A stretch of 64,000 bases of DNA from Octopus vulgaris (lineage: Eukaryota): NCBI GenBank assembly GCA_951406725.2, contig OX597823.1, forward strand, positions 24,676,001 through 24,740,000, in the 5' to 3' direction. Below are positions 11,901 to 26,800 of this stretch, piece after piece (the stretch's first letter is position 1; each line of letters begins with the position of its first letter). The position numbers and the translations under genes are program-made. The notes below the pieces were generated by a model, which was given only the letters and a program-made list of their open reading frames with translations, searched no databases and was not told where the DNA came from.

Positions 11901-14900
11901 AATTTCAAAATCTAAAAGTGTTTTTATCTCCATTCCAACATTGGAGCTTTGTATTTTTGTTAGATACCAGCTTCCTTCTTACAGAAAGTCTTCAAATAAT
12001 TAAAAATAGAAGAAAATTATACACATATATGTTTCTGTATGTGTGATCAAATTCCTTCCAATTGATTCACACAATGTTTTGTTTTAACATTGTCATAATC
12101 TCCTCATTTCCACCCTCCTCCTAAATTGCACACACCATTGATATCAATTTTTGTTTTCAATTCCAGCTAATGATAAAATAAACTGTGGACCACCAAGAGA
12201 CATTGCTGGTGCATCAAAATCCTGCACTTCCAGCAACTACAGAGATAAAGTGATCTACACATGTCCACTGGGAGAAAAACTAAAATCAAAATGTGAAAAG
12301 GACAGCAAATGGACTTCATTAGATTCTACCTGTAAAGGTAATGCAAATAGCTTCTCTCTCTTTTTATCTCTGTCTATGTAATTTTGTTTTATTTTTATGC
12401 TAAATGTTTTTGTCAGAGTAGGACTGGCTGACTCTATGGCAATTTCTGCAGTGATTATGGGGGGTGGGAGGGAGAACAGAAGCTATCCTCACTTCAAAGA
12501 CCTTCCCAAATACTTGCAATAGAGTGGACATCATTTATTCTACCCAAGGGCCAAGTATTAGATTGCATGATGGATTAAGTCTACCAATCAAGTAGGAAAA
12601 ATGTGGAAGTTTCTCCTTCCAGCAGGCTTCCACATAGCTTTCATCTACCAAATTTCATCCTTAGTTGTGGAGTAAATTTTTAACCACATAAGCAAGACTC
12701 CACTCAGGACCACAGAGTTGTGAACTAACCTTCTTAACCTCACACTCATACCCAAAGGATTCTATGTGTGTCTTCTCTTAATTTCTAACTTTTTCACTAG
12801 TACCATGCATCACCATCCAAAACTCTGTACAGCATAGTGCTGTAGGTCCTTCACCAGGATTCAGCAATCCACTGAAAGTCTTCTAATGCACTAATGATTT
12901 TTTCTATCCACCATTGTTAATTATTCTTTCTACCTTAGACTCAAGGCTTGAAATTTTACAGGAGAGACTAATCGATTACATCAACTCCAGTGTTTGATTG
13001 GTATTTCTTTTATTGACCCCAAGGAATGAAATACAAAGTCAACTTTGGCAGAATTTGATCTCAGAATGTAATGACAGATGAAATGCCGCTAAGCATTTTA
13101 CTTGCCAGGGACACATTTCTGCCATATCTCTACCTTAAATACAGCTAATAATAATAACAACAGTTTTTAATTTATTCACAAGGCCATGAGTTTCTGATGT
13201 CTTGAGTTTAGTTTTTACCACTATCAGGTAATAGCTCTCTAGACTTTCTTTATCTCATCTTAATCAAGCATCTATACATTCAGAATATCCTCCTCCACTG
13301 CTAATTAGTTCACCCATGTAACAGACACTTTTTACAACCTCAAGGGGGCTACCTGGAAAATCCAATTCCCATGTACCCTTAATGTTTATTATTCCTGCAC
13401 ATCTGCCACATATAAAGACAACTTTTCTGTTAACTTTCCAGTAACCTTCCACTGCACTTCTCATATGTCCATACGTTGCACTGAGTACTTCATGTGGAAT
13501 TCCTATCAACACTTTTCCTGCTTATTTAGCAAGGCACACACAAAATATACATTCACCATTGGTACCAATTTCTGTTTTCAATTTCAGCTTATAAAGACAT
13601 TGACTGTGGAAATCCAAAGGACATTGCTGGTGCAGAAAAGTCCTATGAAACCACCACCTATAAATCTGAAGTGACCTATACTTGCCCAGAGGGAGAAAAA
13701 CTAAAGTCAATATGTGAAAAGGACAACAAATGGTCTCCAATTGTGGAAACTTGTAAAGGTAACATATGCTTCTTCTTTCTTGTTCTCTCTGTCTATGTAA
13801 TTTTTTTGATGCACAAGGTTTAGTTGTGAAGTTAATTTTTAATCATCCAGAAATAACTCTACCTTGTACCTAATGTCTGACAAGAAAACTTACTATCTCC
13901 ATAGCTATACTACAGCTCATCTTGATAGATTTTCTCTTAACTTCTAGCAGGAAATTTCTCTACCATACTTTGTGCTATCATCCAGAACTCTGTAAATATA
14001 ATGTCTGAGTTTTTCTTTACTAAAATGTAGCAATCCCCTAATACAGACTTCTGATGCACTTGTTATCTTTCATTCAACTACCTATAATTATAATACTACT
14101 AATAACAATAATGGTTTCTGATTTAGGCACAAAGCAGTAGTTTTTAATGGATTGCATTTAGTCAAAACCATGAACACTGCTAATTGCCTGGCACATTGTT
14201 TTATTCATCCCCACAATATTGAAAGCCAAATTTGACCTTGGTTTAATCTGAACTGATGGCCAAAAGAGCCTGATTACTTATTGTAAAGTATTTCTTCTAA
14301 TACTCTAATTAGTGCTCATTATCATCATCATTTAACATCAATTTTCTATGCTGGCATGGGTTGGACAGTTTGACAGTGTCCAATTAACTGCAGAACTGCA
14401 TTAAACCCAATGTCATCTTTGACATGGTTTCCATCACTGGATTCCTTTCCTAACACTAACCACTTTAGAGTGTGTACTGGGTGCTTTTCCTTGGTACTAG
14501 TAAGGTCACCAATAACTTGCAACACAAAATAAAGAAAGGGAAACAAATATACCCGTCAGCTGAGTGGGAGTACATTTGAGAGAGTGAGAGGTAGATTTGT
14601 GCTGTGTGTTGAAGGTTAAGGTATGATAGAGTGACAAGCATAGGTGTCTTACTATGGAGAAGCTGCACAGCTACTCTATATTACGTGATGATGGGTAAGA
14701 GTAACTGGAAGAGACATAAAGTTGGTGATAGAAGGGTACTAGATCTTGCTCTCAAGGTAAAAGATGATGAATATAAGGGAGAATATTGATTGTGGGTGAA
14801 GAAAGAAGAAAAGGATGGGTAATTTCATAAGGATGTGGGAAGAGATTGGGCTAGAAGTGGGTGTTTTGAGTGATAAAAGAAGGTGAAGCTTTGATTACCG

Positions 14901-17900
14901 GTAAATATTGGTATGAAGAGAGAGGTGAGAAATAGAATTGACTCAGGAAGGAGGAAGTGACGAGTACAGTAGCAATGTCATATATTTGTTAGTAGATGAG
15001 AAAATAGGGAGGTGATATATAGAGTTTTAAAGTGGAGGGAGGTGAGAGTATGGTGAAATGTGAAAGTTATGGGTGTTAGAAGATCATCAGGGTGGGTATA
15101 GTGAGTGGGGAAACAAATGTGGGAGAAGGGGTCATTGAGAGTGTGTAGAGAACGATAATAGATAAGAGTGATGTTGAAGATGAGGTGTGGCAGATGTAAT
15201 ATGTAGCCTAGTGTGGAAGGAGAAACTACTGAAAGTACAGAGAGTGGGGTAATATATGGAAAGTAGTATGAACAGGGATGATAATGAAAGAGAGAGGGAT
15301 GTAACTGGTAGTGCCAGAGGTGAGGATGAAATATGTGCTGATTCTGCCCTCAAATGACTTCAGCAGCTGAGTAGTACCATGTACACATTGAATATAAAAA
15401 TGAGGATAATGTTACAATCTTCTTGAATGTAGAATAATCTCTGTCCAGAAACATTTCAAGAAACCTGCCATCAAAGATTACCTTGGACTCCAAAGATCAC
15501 TGTGTCCTCTCCAATTATTGTTCTCTGAGCTACAAATAATCCTCATCCACACTAACCATTTTTGCCACTCTCACATAATTTCCCTTGAAGATAGTAGCTT
15601 CCTCTCCATCCTCAAATTCTTTACAAGTGAAATACAAATGCAGTTGAGAGATTGACCAAAGAGTAAAATCATTGTAGTCTGACATTTCTACCTCATCCAC
15701 TACACAACCTCTTTTGCTACTAAACACAGAAATACTGCCTTCTCTGCCCAGATAAAGATAGGTGTGGTGCAATTATTCCACACATAACAACTGCTTTTTG
15801 ACATAACTTCACAGCACAGCAATGAGTGCATGTAAAATGATTTCATTTTACTATATGCATCTGAAAGAGGCCTGTCATAGCACTTCTGTGACTGTAGATC
15901 GTATTTTGAACCAGGAGGGCCCTTTGGTAGTACAGCAAAGCCAAGGTCTTCAAAAAGTTTCCCAATGTTATTCCCTGAGCAATAAGTCTTCCAAAACAAA
16001 CTTATCAATTCACTGTCATTGATGACCAAAGCAACCCTGAGGATGTCATTGCCTTATCCCACCATTAACTCTCAATAGATTGGAACATCCACCAATCCCA
16101 TTGCCTAGGTCAAGTTTAATCATGCAGACTGTATCTTCTGAAAATCTTTGGATTACACTAGATAATGTGAAATACCTTTTTTAAATATGGTTGAGAGTGA
16201 TTGATAGAGTTTTTGTTAATATTTATAACATATTAGGCATTCACATAGGGGTTCCACATTAAATGTCAAACTTTATATTAGAAGCTAACAAATCTGACAC
16301 AACTTATCCTCTGCTATAAACTGTTGCTTGGTTCAATGCCACCACAAGACACTTGAGGTGATCGTGGTGATGATGGTAAACAATAGTTGGTCACTGTTTA
16401 TATATTTATTACAATATCAAGCATTCATATTGACTCATAACTGCAGATATTGAACATAGACCACAGGAATCTCACAAATGTAGAAAGGAGAGTGGCTGCA
16501 AAATAACATTACATAACTGTTTCTATCATGATAATCTTATTAAAATATATAAGTACCATCTCATTATACTTAATTCTGTATGCCTTGTTTAGACACATAG
16601 CTAAATATATTTAGAGAAAAAAATGAGAGTGTGTGATTTCAAGGGCACTAACTCTTTCTATAAAATGAAGTAAATTGCACTGACAGTCAGTCAGATCATT
16701 GACTCGCATCACTTAATTCCTATTTGTAGTAAAAGGATACCTTTGGTAAAATACCTAGGGCCACTTCCTGCATGGAAAACAAATAACAAAGTGACTACCT
16801 ATTGAACCAAGATATGATTAATTAAAGATTCACTCTCAGTGTATGTGTGTAGGGGAGGAGATTAAAATTAGTAAAATATCTTATTTTGGTCATAAAATTC
16901 AGAAGGGAAAGCCTTGTAAAGATAATCACTTTTCTTTTTTTTCATCTCATTAAAAGTAAAATTTTGATGAATTAAAATTTCTTAGCTTGCTACGTTAAGT
17001 AGTGAGTGTGCATATTTACTACATAGTTATATGTTCACTGGATGGTGATGGAAGGAAAATGATTTTTGATTTCCCAGACAAACTTTTGCAAAATAGTAAA
17101 ATGGTGAGTTAAATCCTTTTACATTTTCAGTTCAAATCCAAATGACTATTATAATTCTGAGGTTGATAAAACAAGTACTGAAGTTGATTTATTTTCATTT
17201 ATATTCACTACTCAGTGTGTGGCTTTCTTTTTGAATTAGGAACCATTATCATTATTGTTACTATTAATAATAATTATAATAATTGTTGTTATTAAGGGTG
17301 ACAGATTGACAGAATCGTTTGAGCATCAGACAAAATGTGTTGTGTCATCTGTTCTGCCTCTTTAGCTTCAGAGTTCAAATGCTGCTGATATTAACTTTGC
17401 CCTCTCAGGATCAATAAGGTATGATACTGGTCAGGTGTAGAAGCCAATTTCATTGATCAGTTCCTACCTCAAAGTTTTGGCTTAATTTCTATGATGGAAA
17501 ATTATTGTTTTTGTTGTAGATGTTATTGCTTATTGGTTTAAATTCTCCTTTTTAATTGTAGATGCTCAGTTCCATTTTGTGAAAGTAAAAGATGCAGCTC
17601 TGTATGTATATGGGAAAGTAATGTTGAAGGAAAAAAATCTAACAGCAAATGCCTGTGCAGCAAAATGTTTGTCTGTCCCAATATGTTTATCATTTGAATT
17701 AGATAAAGAAATGGGAAAGTGTTCCTTATCAAGGCATGCTACAAGTTCCTCCAATAAAGTAAAGACAACCAAGGGCAGAGATTACTACCAACGAGTAAAC
17801 TGTAATTATTATTTGTATTTTATCATAGGAATTATCCCTCCTCTTCCTCTGAAATTTGTGATTCTATTTGAATTTCTTGGAATACTTATGGACAGCTATT

Positions 17901-20900
17901 ACTGTAAAGACATTGATAGGCTCATCTATAACACTAAACGTAGACATGTTCCTATAAAAGAAAAACAATATTAAGAACTATAAATACTCCTAAGACATTG
18001 TCGTACAGCATTTGTTCACCTTATGCATGTTTTCAGTTGTATTTTGTGTGTGTGTGTAAGAAAGGAAATTTTGTTTTTTTTTCTTAAACCCAAATAGTTG
18101 TAGTAGTGGTGGTGGTGGTAGTAGAGGCAGTGAGTGTGGATTTTCTTCATCTCTCTATGTTGACATGGCTTTGACAGTACAATGTCTCACCACTAGTTGT
18201 TGTCCTTCATAATCCATCATTCAAATTAACAGAAAAAGTAAAAAGTAATGCCAATGTATGTAGTTGTGTATATCCTATATTTTGTTATGAATTTTAGGGA
18301 TGGATGCCCTTCCTATCACCAACCATTACAACTCTTATGTGGTTATTGTTGTGCAAGAGATGAGCTGTGGAAAAAACTTATTGTTTCTTTCAGAGAGCCA
18401 CAGTCCTTAGTTAAACAAAGATCAGGACAGGATGCTTGGCATCTGAAATGTCAATACACTCTGCTGTCTCACAGCACTCAACGCTCAAATTGTGTGACGA
18501 TTGGAGATTCCATTTTGGTGTTCTATGGATGGACATTGCCAGTTCAAGATTAACTCTGTAGGTATGGATGTGCCATCAGCTGAGCCTATCACAGATGCAT
18601 GCAAAGTGAGAAACTGTTCTCTATGCACTTGTCTAGTGCCTGAGCTTTGCTGACAGTTGAGTCCATTATGATCTTCTCACTGCCTTCTTTTAATTGGAAA
18701 GAACAGGCAATTTTAACTCTGCTTGCTTTGGTGAAAATTTGTAACAAGCTGAACAAGATTCAAAGGGCTGAAGAGAGAATGTCTTCATCATCAGCCAAGC
18801 TCCCATCAACTTTTTCAAGTTTCACTTGTAAAAGATTTGTGTTGGGAGAGAAGTGCTATCTCCAAGAAAATTTGCAGACATGTGAATATGAGTGGCAAGC
18901 ATGGTCTGAATAAACAGGACAGCTTTGAGCTTGTAGATTGAGGACAGACGACTGGGACAGGGCACTTATCTTAGTGATAAGGTTGATTGTGGCATTGTGG
19001 GGTTTTCACAAGTAACCCTTAAAGATTTCCCTTGCTTTAGGGAAATTTGTCTTTGCTTGAAATTTTCAATTCTTTATTATTTTACATTTTATATGCACTT
19101 TTATAAAATTCTGTTTTTACTTCCTTCACTGTGCCATGTCCAATGTTCTTGTCTACTCATTGCGAATAAGAAAAAAAAAGATTATTACTATTATTTTCTT
19201 GCATGCATAGCTACCTGCAGCCTACAGTACCATGTTACCCATTCTTGTCATCTATCTAATACTTTCCTGATTATTCTGGCTGTGCCAAAGAGGCAAACCT
19301 TTTGTAACAGTTCTGCTGGGCACTCTATTCCAATTTCCTTTATATTCCTCTTCATGCCTTCTGATACTGTCCCTAAAGACCCAACAATAATTGGCACAAT
19401 CTTCACCGTCTTCATTTTCTGTAGCCAGGCTATTTCGTACTTTAGAGGGTTGTATTTTGATATTGGATATATAAATTAACAAAGCAAGAGGGAAGAAAGT
19501 ATATACATGATACACTACTATTACTATTACACAAGATAGATTCAAAGCTCTCAACCACAGCTCACAGTGAACTGCTTACCAGCTCAACTGCCAATTGCTC
19601 AGTTCTTTACTTTATAGCAATAAGTCTTTACTTTATAGCAATAAGTCTTTACTTTATAGCAATAAGTCAGTCCACCTTTAGTCACTTGGGGAATGGTTAA
19701 AATCCTTCCACAACATCTCACCTTTTTAGAATCAGTCTCTCCTATTTTCTCCCCTTTTGAGAATTGAACACTCCAAGTTTTAATATCTCTTATGCTTAGG
19801 GTCCACTTCCTGTGTTTCTGTTTTTATCTGTTTTCTGGTGCTAGAATGTATAGTATCAAATTATTTCACTGTTGCTACCTCAAACGTGTCATACAATACT
19901 TCCATGAGGATTTTATTTCACGTGACTGTTTTTTCCTTGAATCTTTTTTAAGTCGGTTAATGCTTTTTATTTTCAACATCTTTTCCTTTTACTAGAAATA
20001 TCATTCTTCCTTTTTTTTTATAATTACACCATCCTCCCAACTTTCTTTACCAATATATAAAGGTTTTAAGGAAAACTTTGTCACCTACTTGAAGTATTTT
20101 TTATTGTTTGCCATTTTTTAATTTTCACTCGGCATCAGCTTATCAAAAACAGAGCTGACCTTTCTAGCAAACATCAATTCTGCCAGTGACACTCCCAGCG
20201 GTGTATTTGGATTAGCTGTTACTTGGTACACTCTTAGAAATTGTTGAAGTACAAAACCATCCATCACTTCATTGTTCACTTTTTTCAATGCCCTCTTGAG
20301 AGTGTCAACAAATGCTCCACTTGTCCATTTGACCTAGGATGATAGAGTGGTGACATGTTTGATGACAAACATTTTACAAAATTTTCTGAACTCATCTGAC
20401 GTAAATTGAGTTCCATTATCAGACACAATGGTATCCAGAATACCATATCTGGAAAACAATTTGTGTAAAAAGCTTATTGTAACTGCAGATATTGGCTTTT
20501 TATATTTATGCACTTCTGGCCACTTTGAAAGACTGTCCACCACAGCAAAGTGATATGAACCCTTAAGTGCACTTGTGTAATCAACATGCAGTCTGGCCTA
20601 TGGAACACCTGTTTTTTGGCTATGGTTGCCATTTAGTTGTAGGGGCTTTTGCAGCTATGGCACACCTGCATGCATTCTCTGATTCTTCAATGTCATGGTT
20701 CATTGCTTTGCCAGTATACATAACTTCTCATTAATGATTTCATTCTCGAAATTTCTGAGTGACCAATATGAATTTACTTTAATAATCACTTTTGTAGTGT
20801 GGCTGGCACTATGACTCTTTATGCGTATATCAATACATTGTCACATATTGAGAAATGGTTCACATTTGTGTTGCATATTTTTTTCAAAATCAGTCTTGAT

Positions 20901-22378
20901 AGACAATCAGCGTCACCTAATCTCTTGGATGGTATATACTCCATCTTGAAATCATAGTTTAATGATATCATACCCCAACATTGCAACCTATTAGCAGTAT
21001 GGGTAGGGATTCCCTTCTTTGACCTACATTTTGATCATAATGGATGATGATTGATCTGTAGACGGAAACTTCTAGCATTTAAAAATCTATGAAAGATTTT
21101 CATGGCAAAAATAATCGCAGGAGCTTCTTTTTTGATTTGACTATAATTTTTCAATAAATCATCCATGAAGAGAAGATGGATGATTTAAAACTGTTTGCAA
21201 AAACAGAGACTCTCTCTGTTGGCTTTGTGCAGAACTACAGAAGTTGGGATCAAGGCCATAATGATTAGCAAAATTAAATGAAAATCTCCTCTTCTCATTC
21301 TTACCTCAGCTAAGTGCTGGTTGAAAACACATCTTTTCTGTAAAAAATGTGTTTTTCAACAAAGCATGCTGTTCTTGATTATTTCATGCTTGTCGAGTGT
21401 TTCCAGAGTCCATGTATGCAGCAGCATATCATAATCCTTTTTAAAACCCATCCAGGCCATGCAAAAATCTATTTGGTACCATTTGCAGTTCATCATTATG
21501 ATCTTGTCTATCAAATGGTGGTTCTCGGTGTCTTGGATCATTTCCAGCATACCTTTGCAGCTTAAATATTGGCACAACTTTTGCAAAGAATCTCAAGATT
21601 TTCTACAACTCTCTTAAATTTTGATTAGGGTAGCATTTTGTGGATCAATTCTTTGCTTATTACAAATTGTCCACTTACATGATTATGCATCTTATGCTTT
21701 TCAGTATTAAATATATTCTAGGAAGTACGTGTATGGTATGTGTGTGCATGCATGCATGTGTGTGTGTATTTGGATGAGTGGATGTGCATAAAATAAATGC
21801 CTTGTTTTCTATTTTGTTTCAGTCAATGAAGGGATTATTACGATGAAAACGATTGGCATACCAAGCAAGGCTACTTTAGCACAGCTGAACAATAAGACCT
21901 TAAAGGAATGTGAAAAGACTTGTCATAAATATATAGAATGTAACTCTTATCAGTACAATGCTGAAGATAAGTTGTGTGATCTGAGTAATGTGACTCAATT
22001 GAGTGATGAACTTAAGCCCACCAATGGAAACTGGGATATATACTTATCTAACCCAGGTCAGTAGAGTGTTTCTATTTCATTTATTTTGTGTGTGCCTTGT
22101 GTATATAAATATAAATGTATACTACATCACGCCTCTTTACCTCCTCCTCTTTATCAAAACTTTTTTATTCCTTCTTCTCCTTTGCTTAACAAACCCCACA
22201 AATTTTTTATATATAAAAAGGCCAAGAAATCTAACTTTAAACCACTTTTTGATAAATCCGATAATGGAAGAAAGTGTAAATTATATGTAAATAAAAAATA
22301 TATATAATCATCCAACATTCTGAGTACCTTATTATTCTAAATATTTGTGCATCATTTCAAAAACTCTCTCTCTCTCTT

Positions 22379-22417
<39 letters not shown>

Positions 22418-22674
22418 GCTTGAGAGGAAGATCCATCAAGCCAAGTAAAATCACATTCATGGCAGATACCAGTGTCACACAAATGGCACACATGCTGGTG
22501 GCACATAAAAGCTCCCATTACACACTCGGTGTGGTTAGTGTTAGGAAGGATATCCAGCTGTAGAAACAATGCCAAATCAGACTGGAGTCTGGTGCAGCCT
22601 TCCAGCGTGCCAGCTCTGGTCAAATCGTCCAATCCATGCCAGCATGAACAACAAACACTAAATGATGATGATGA

Positions 22675-22714
<40 letters not shown>

Positions 22715-23833
22715 TTAAATATGAGAGAGTTACCGCTGAGTGGTTAACTCTAGTGCTAAAAATAGCTCCTTTTTCTGGTATAACCACCAAAAGTTGTTTT
22801 CAATAAGAAATAACATTACATTCAACATAAGGAAAGTGAAATACAACGAAAAAAATAGATTAGGCCCGAACAATTGTTTCATTATTAATATAATATGCAA
22901 TTTTACTCACATATTTATCTATAAATCATCAGTGGAGGTTTGTCTTCGATACAATTTATTAGACCCTCATGAGCGTCAAATAACCATGCAGTTTAATCGA
23001 TTGCATTCATAGTTGTGATTCAGATTCCCCGCCAAAAGCATGGTAAGACTTAGTGGAAACGAATACTGCATATAATATTTACTGTAGCATCATTAAATTT
23101 ATAAATTTATAAATGAGGGTGAAAAATTAGATATTAATTTAATAATACCATCAGTTTAACACCAAGTGGCTTTTGGTGGCTATTCCAGAAAAAGGAGCTA
23201 TTTTTAGCACTAGAGTTAACCACTTAGCAGTAACTCTCTCATATTTAAGTATAAATTTGTATTGTCTCCCTGGTTTTTTATGTGCTAAGCCACTTGGTGT
23301 TAAACTGATGGTATTATTAAATCAATATCTAATTTTTCACCCTCATTTATAAATTGAATGATGCTGCAGTAAATATTGTATGCAGTATTCGTTTCCACTA
23401 AGTTTTACCATGCTTTTGACGGGGAATCTGAATCACAACTATGAATGCAATCGATTAAACCGCATGGGTATTTGACGTTCGTGAGGGTCTAATAAATTGT
23501 ATCGAAGACAAACCTCCACTGATGATTTATAGATAAATATGTGAGTAAAATTGCATATTATATTAATAATGAAACAATTGTTTGGGGTTAATCTATTTTT
23601 TCATTGTATTTCACTTTCCTTACGTTGAATGTAATGTTATTTGTTATTGGAAACAACTTTTGGTGGTTATACCAGAAAAAGGAGCTATTTTTAGCACTAG
23701 AGTTAACCACTCAGTGGTAACTCTCTCATATTTAAGTATAAATTTGTATTGTCTCCCTGGTTTTTTATGTGCTAAGCCACTTGGTGTTAAACTGATGGTA
23801 TTATTAAATTAATTTCTAATTTTTCACTCTCAT

Positions 23834-23868
<35 letters not shown>

Positions 23869-26800
23869 AACACAAGCATACATGTGCACACATGTGGATT
23901 GTGTTGTTTTATTCCATTTACAACTTGCATTTCTATTATGTTACAGTTGAAACAGACCAAAACTTTATCTTCTGTTGGATGCACATACAAATTAGCATAA
24001 AAAGACTAAGTAGATGATGTGAGCATACTTTTAGATGAAATTTGGGTTAATAAAGTGGTTAAGGTAGTCAGAGTGTGTTATAGGATACTTATGCGCAGAT
24101 TAGTTTTGCAAAGCAGTACAGCAACTGTACTACTTTGTTGTAGGAGAGAAGTGGGTTCAAATGGATGATGATACACTTGCACTTAGTGATTCTACAAAAT
24201 GGAAGTGCCACTAGGAAAGGCTGCAATATGTGGAGAATGCATGGGAGAAGGAAAGTCTTCCTAATTACTTTTGCCTATGCTCGTTACACGAGACTTCCAG
24301 ATGAAAAGAAATATCCACTTCATGACACTCTTTTGCAGACAACCTCAATAACAAATGACAGTGACCTTTTCTTTGGTGCTGGTAACTTCAATGGGCATGT
24401 TGAGCAGCATTTGGGTAACTTCCATACTGTGCAGAGAAGCTATTGAGTTGTTCCTGAAATGAGGAATCTACTGGACCTCTGTAATGAAAATGACCTTATG
24501 ATCTGCAACACAAACTTGTGGAAATGAGCCAGTCACCTGTTCACCTATCCACCTGGTGGCCATTCTATCCACATTGACTACTTTCTCACAAGAAAGTGGG
24601 TTAGATGATTGTTCATAAATGCAAAGATCTTACCAGGTGAAGAGTGCACTCCTCAATCTAGGTTGGTCATAAGTGACTCTAGATTGTGGGCCAGAATTAT
24701 TCCAAGAAGTAAACTTGTCTGAAAATGGAATAGTTAGAAGTTTAAGGACCATTTGAAATGTCAAAGATTTGGAGATGTTGTCATTGAAGCAGTTAACGGA
24801 AGGTTGGGGAGATTGACCTGTAACATAGAGGATTTCCATGATGAAGAGAGATGTTGCTCATCTGCTGTCAGTCAGCTAACTGGTTAAATCGCATGCTTCT
24901 CTTCTTGGGCAGAGAACTGCTTTTGGTATTAATACATGCCCACCCCTGATTGGCTGGAGTATACCATAGCACAACTGTGCTATGATGTGACAACTAAAAT
25001 AGCTTTTCTGACATGCTACAGATCCATAAACAAACAATTGAAGAGAGTAGAGAACAAACTGACTCCATTCTCTTCTTTAGAGCTAAACTAACTGGTTACA
25101 AGGGAGGTAATTTTATCAAAGTAGTTATTTGTAGAAACTAGGTTATTTGTCTTAAGTATGTATTTAGCTAGCTAGAGAGGTGGGTGGGAGGGGCTTACAG
25201 AGAAATGAACATTAACTTTCTTCATATTTGACCAAGAAAGAATTGAAATACCAATTCTTAAAATTGAAGTTTAAGGATCATTTGAAAAGTCAAAGATTTG
25301 GATATGTTCTAACTGTGGAGCATTTGACAAGAAGCATGTGGAGATAGTAACATATTATAGGAAGGATGACTGGAAGTTCCTGTGGGACAACTTATTGAGT
25401 GTCACAGACCAAATTTGTGGTTGGTGCAAGGTCCCAGTCAGGTTTAGGTGACAAGGTGGTAGAACAGTCCAGTAGACAGAGACATAAAAGTGAAGAAACC
25501 AGCCTTGAAGGACTGGAAGAGTGACTCTAGCAGAGAACTATGCCAGGTTGCCACAAGAAAAGCTAGGTAATTGGTATCTTTAGCTAGGGGAAAAGCAGAA
25601 ATGAAGAAGATTGCCAATGTTTTGTGGTATGAAGACCAACGACATGAGGTGTTCTGGAATACAAGACTGTGCCAAAGAAATTCTTGATGTTGCAGGAGAG
25701 GAGTATGTTCAGATGGATGATGGTATGCTTGAATTTAGTGATTCTACAAAAAAGAGGCATGGAAATGCCATATCATAGGCTGCTAAATGGGGAGAATGCT
25801 TGGGAGAAGTAGTCTTCACAGGAACTAGCTATCCAAATTGACAGTAATATAATAGATAAAGCAATTAAGGAGATGAAGACAGAAAGACCCTGGCCCATTA
25901 TGAATTACTGCCAAGATGTTAAAAATATCTAGCAGGGTGGTATGTAGTCGAGTTGCCTGTATAGTTAATCAGGTTTTCCATACCCAACAGGGTCATGCCC
26001 AACGATGTGGCAGCATCATAGTCAACTACTACAAATAGAAGTAATTACATAGATATCAAATTGCTGGACCAACTAATTAGGAAGAGAGTTAATGTAGATG
26101 AGATGCAGTTTGGTTTTGTACCAGAGAAAAGCACTTCTGGTGCTATCTTCGTAGCAACTGAAGGAGAAACTTTTAGTCAAAATAAACTTACATACTTGGC
26201 ACAGTCAATATGAGAAAGCCTTTGAAACTGGTTACTGATGACCTTCTTCTTATAGCTGAATCTCTAATAGATGTAGAGAAGTAATTTCAAGTGTGAAAAC
26301 AAGGACTTCAATCAAACGGACTGAGTTAATTTAGCAGAGACCAAAGTACTAGTAAGCAAGAAAGCAGACAGAATACTAATCCCTTTAGAGAGATAACCCT
26401 GCTGAATATGTAGAAAAGGTGTTCATAGAAATTCCATATGCTATATTAAGTGCCAGCTATGGATTGCAAGCTCTGGATGCATTGGAGATGCAGTGAAATT
26501 ACAGGAAGGTTAACAGGGAATACAGATTTTGTGTGTGGCTAATGTGCAGGCACAATGAACACTAAGAATGTACACGAAATAGACCTCCTCCAACGTCCAA
26601 GGGAATCTTTAGAGACAGTAGATAGTTTTCATTAGCTTAGTGAGCAAATTAGTAGTGGAGGAGGTTGCTCTGAAAACATGGAAGCTGGAATAAGAACCAG
26701 CTGGGCAAATTTCAGGGAGCTGTTACCTTTGTTGTTAACAGGACACTTCTTGTTACAAGAGTGCAAGATTGGTACATGATGCCTGTGTATGGATAGCTAT

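Noticed and set aside
14700-15340. Long purine-rich tract (and pyrimidine-rich tracts at about 49520-49850 and 55660-56050)
   Set aside because: Low-complexity decayed simple repeats with no periodic or coding signal I can support.
19606-19670. Short tandem triplication (ttactttatagcaataagtc) as a regulatory array
   Set aside because: Most simply a slippage duplication at the edge of the Gypsy remnant.
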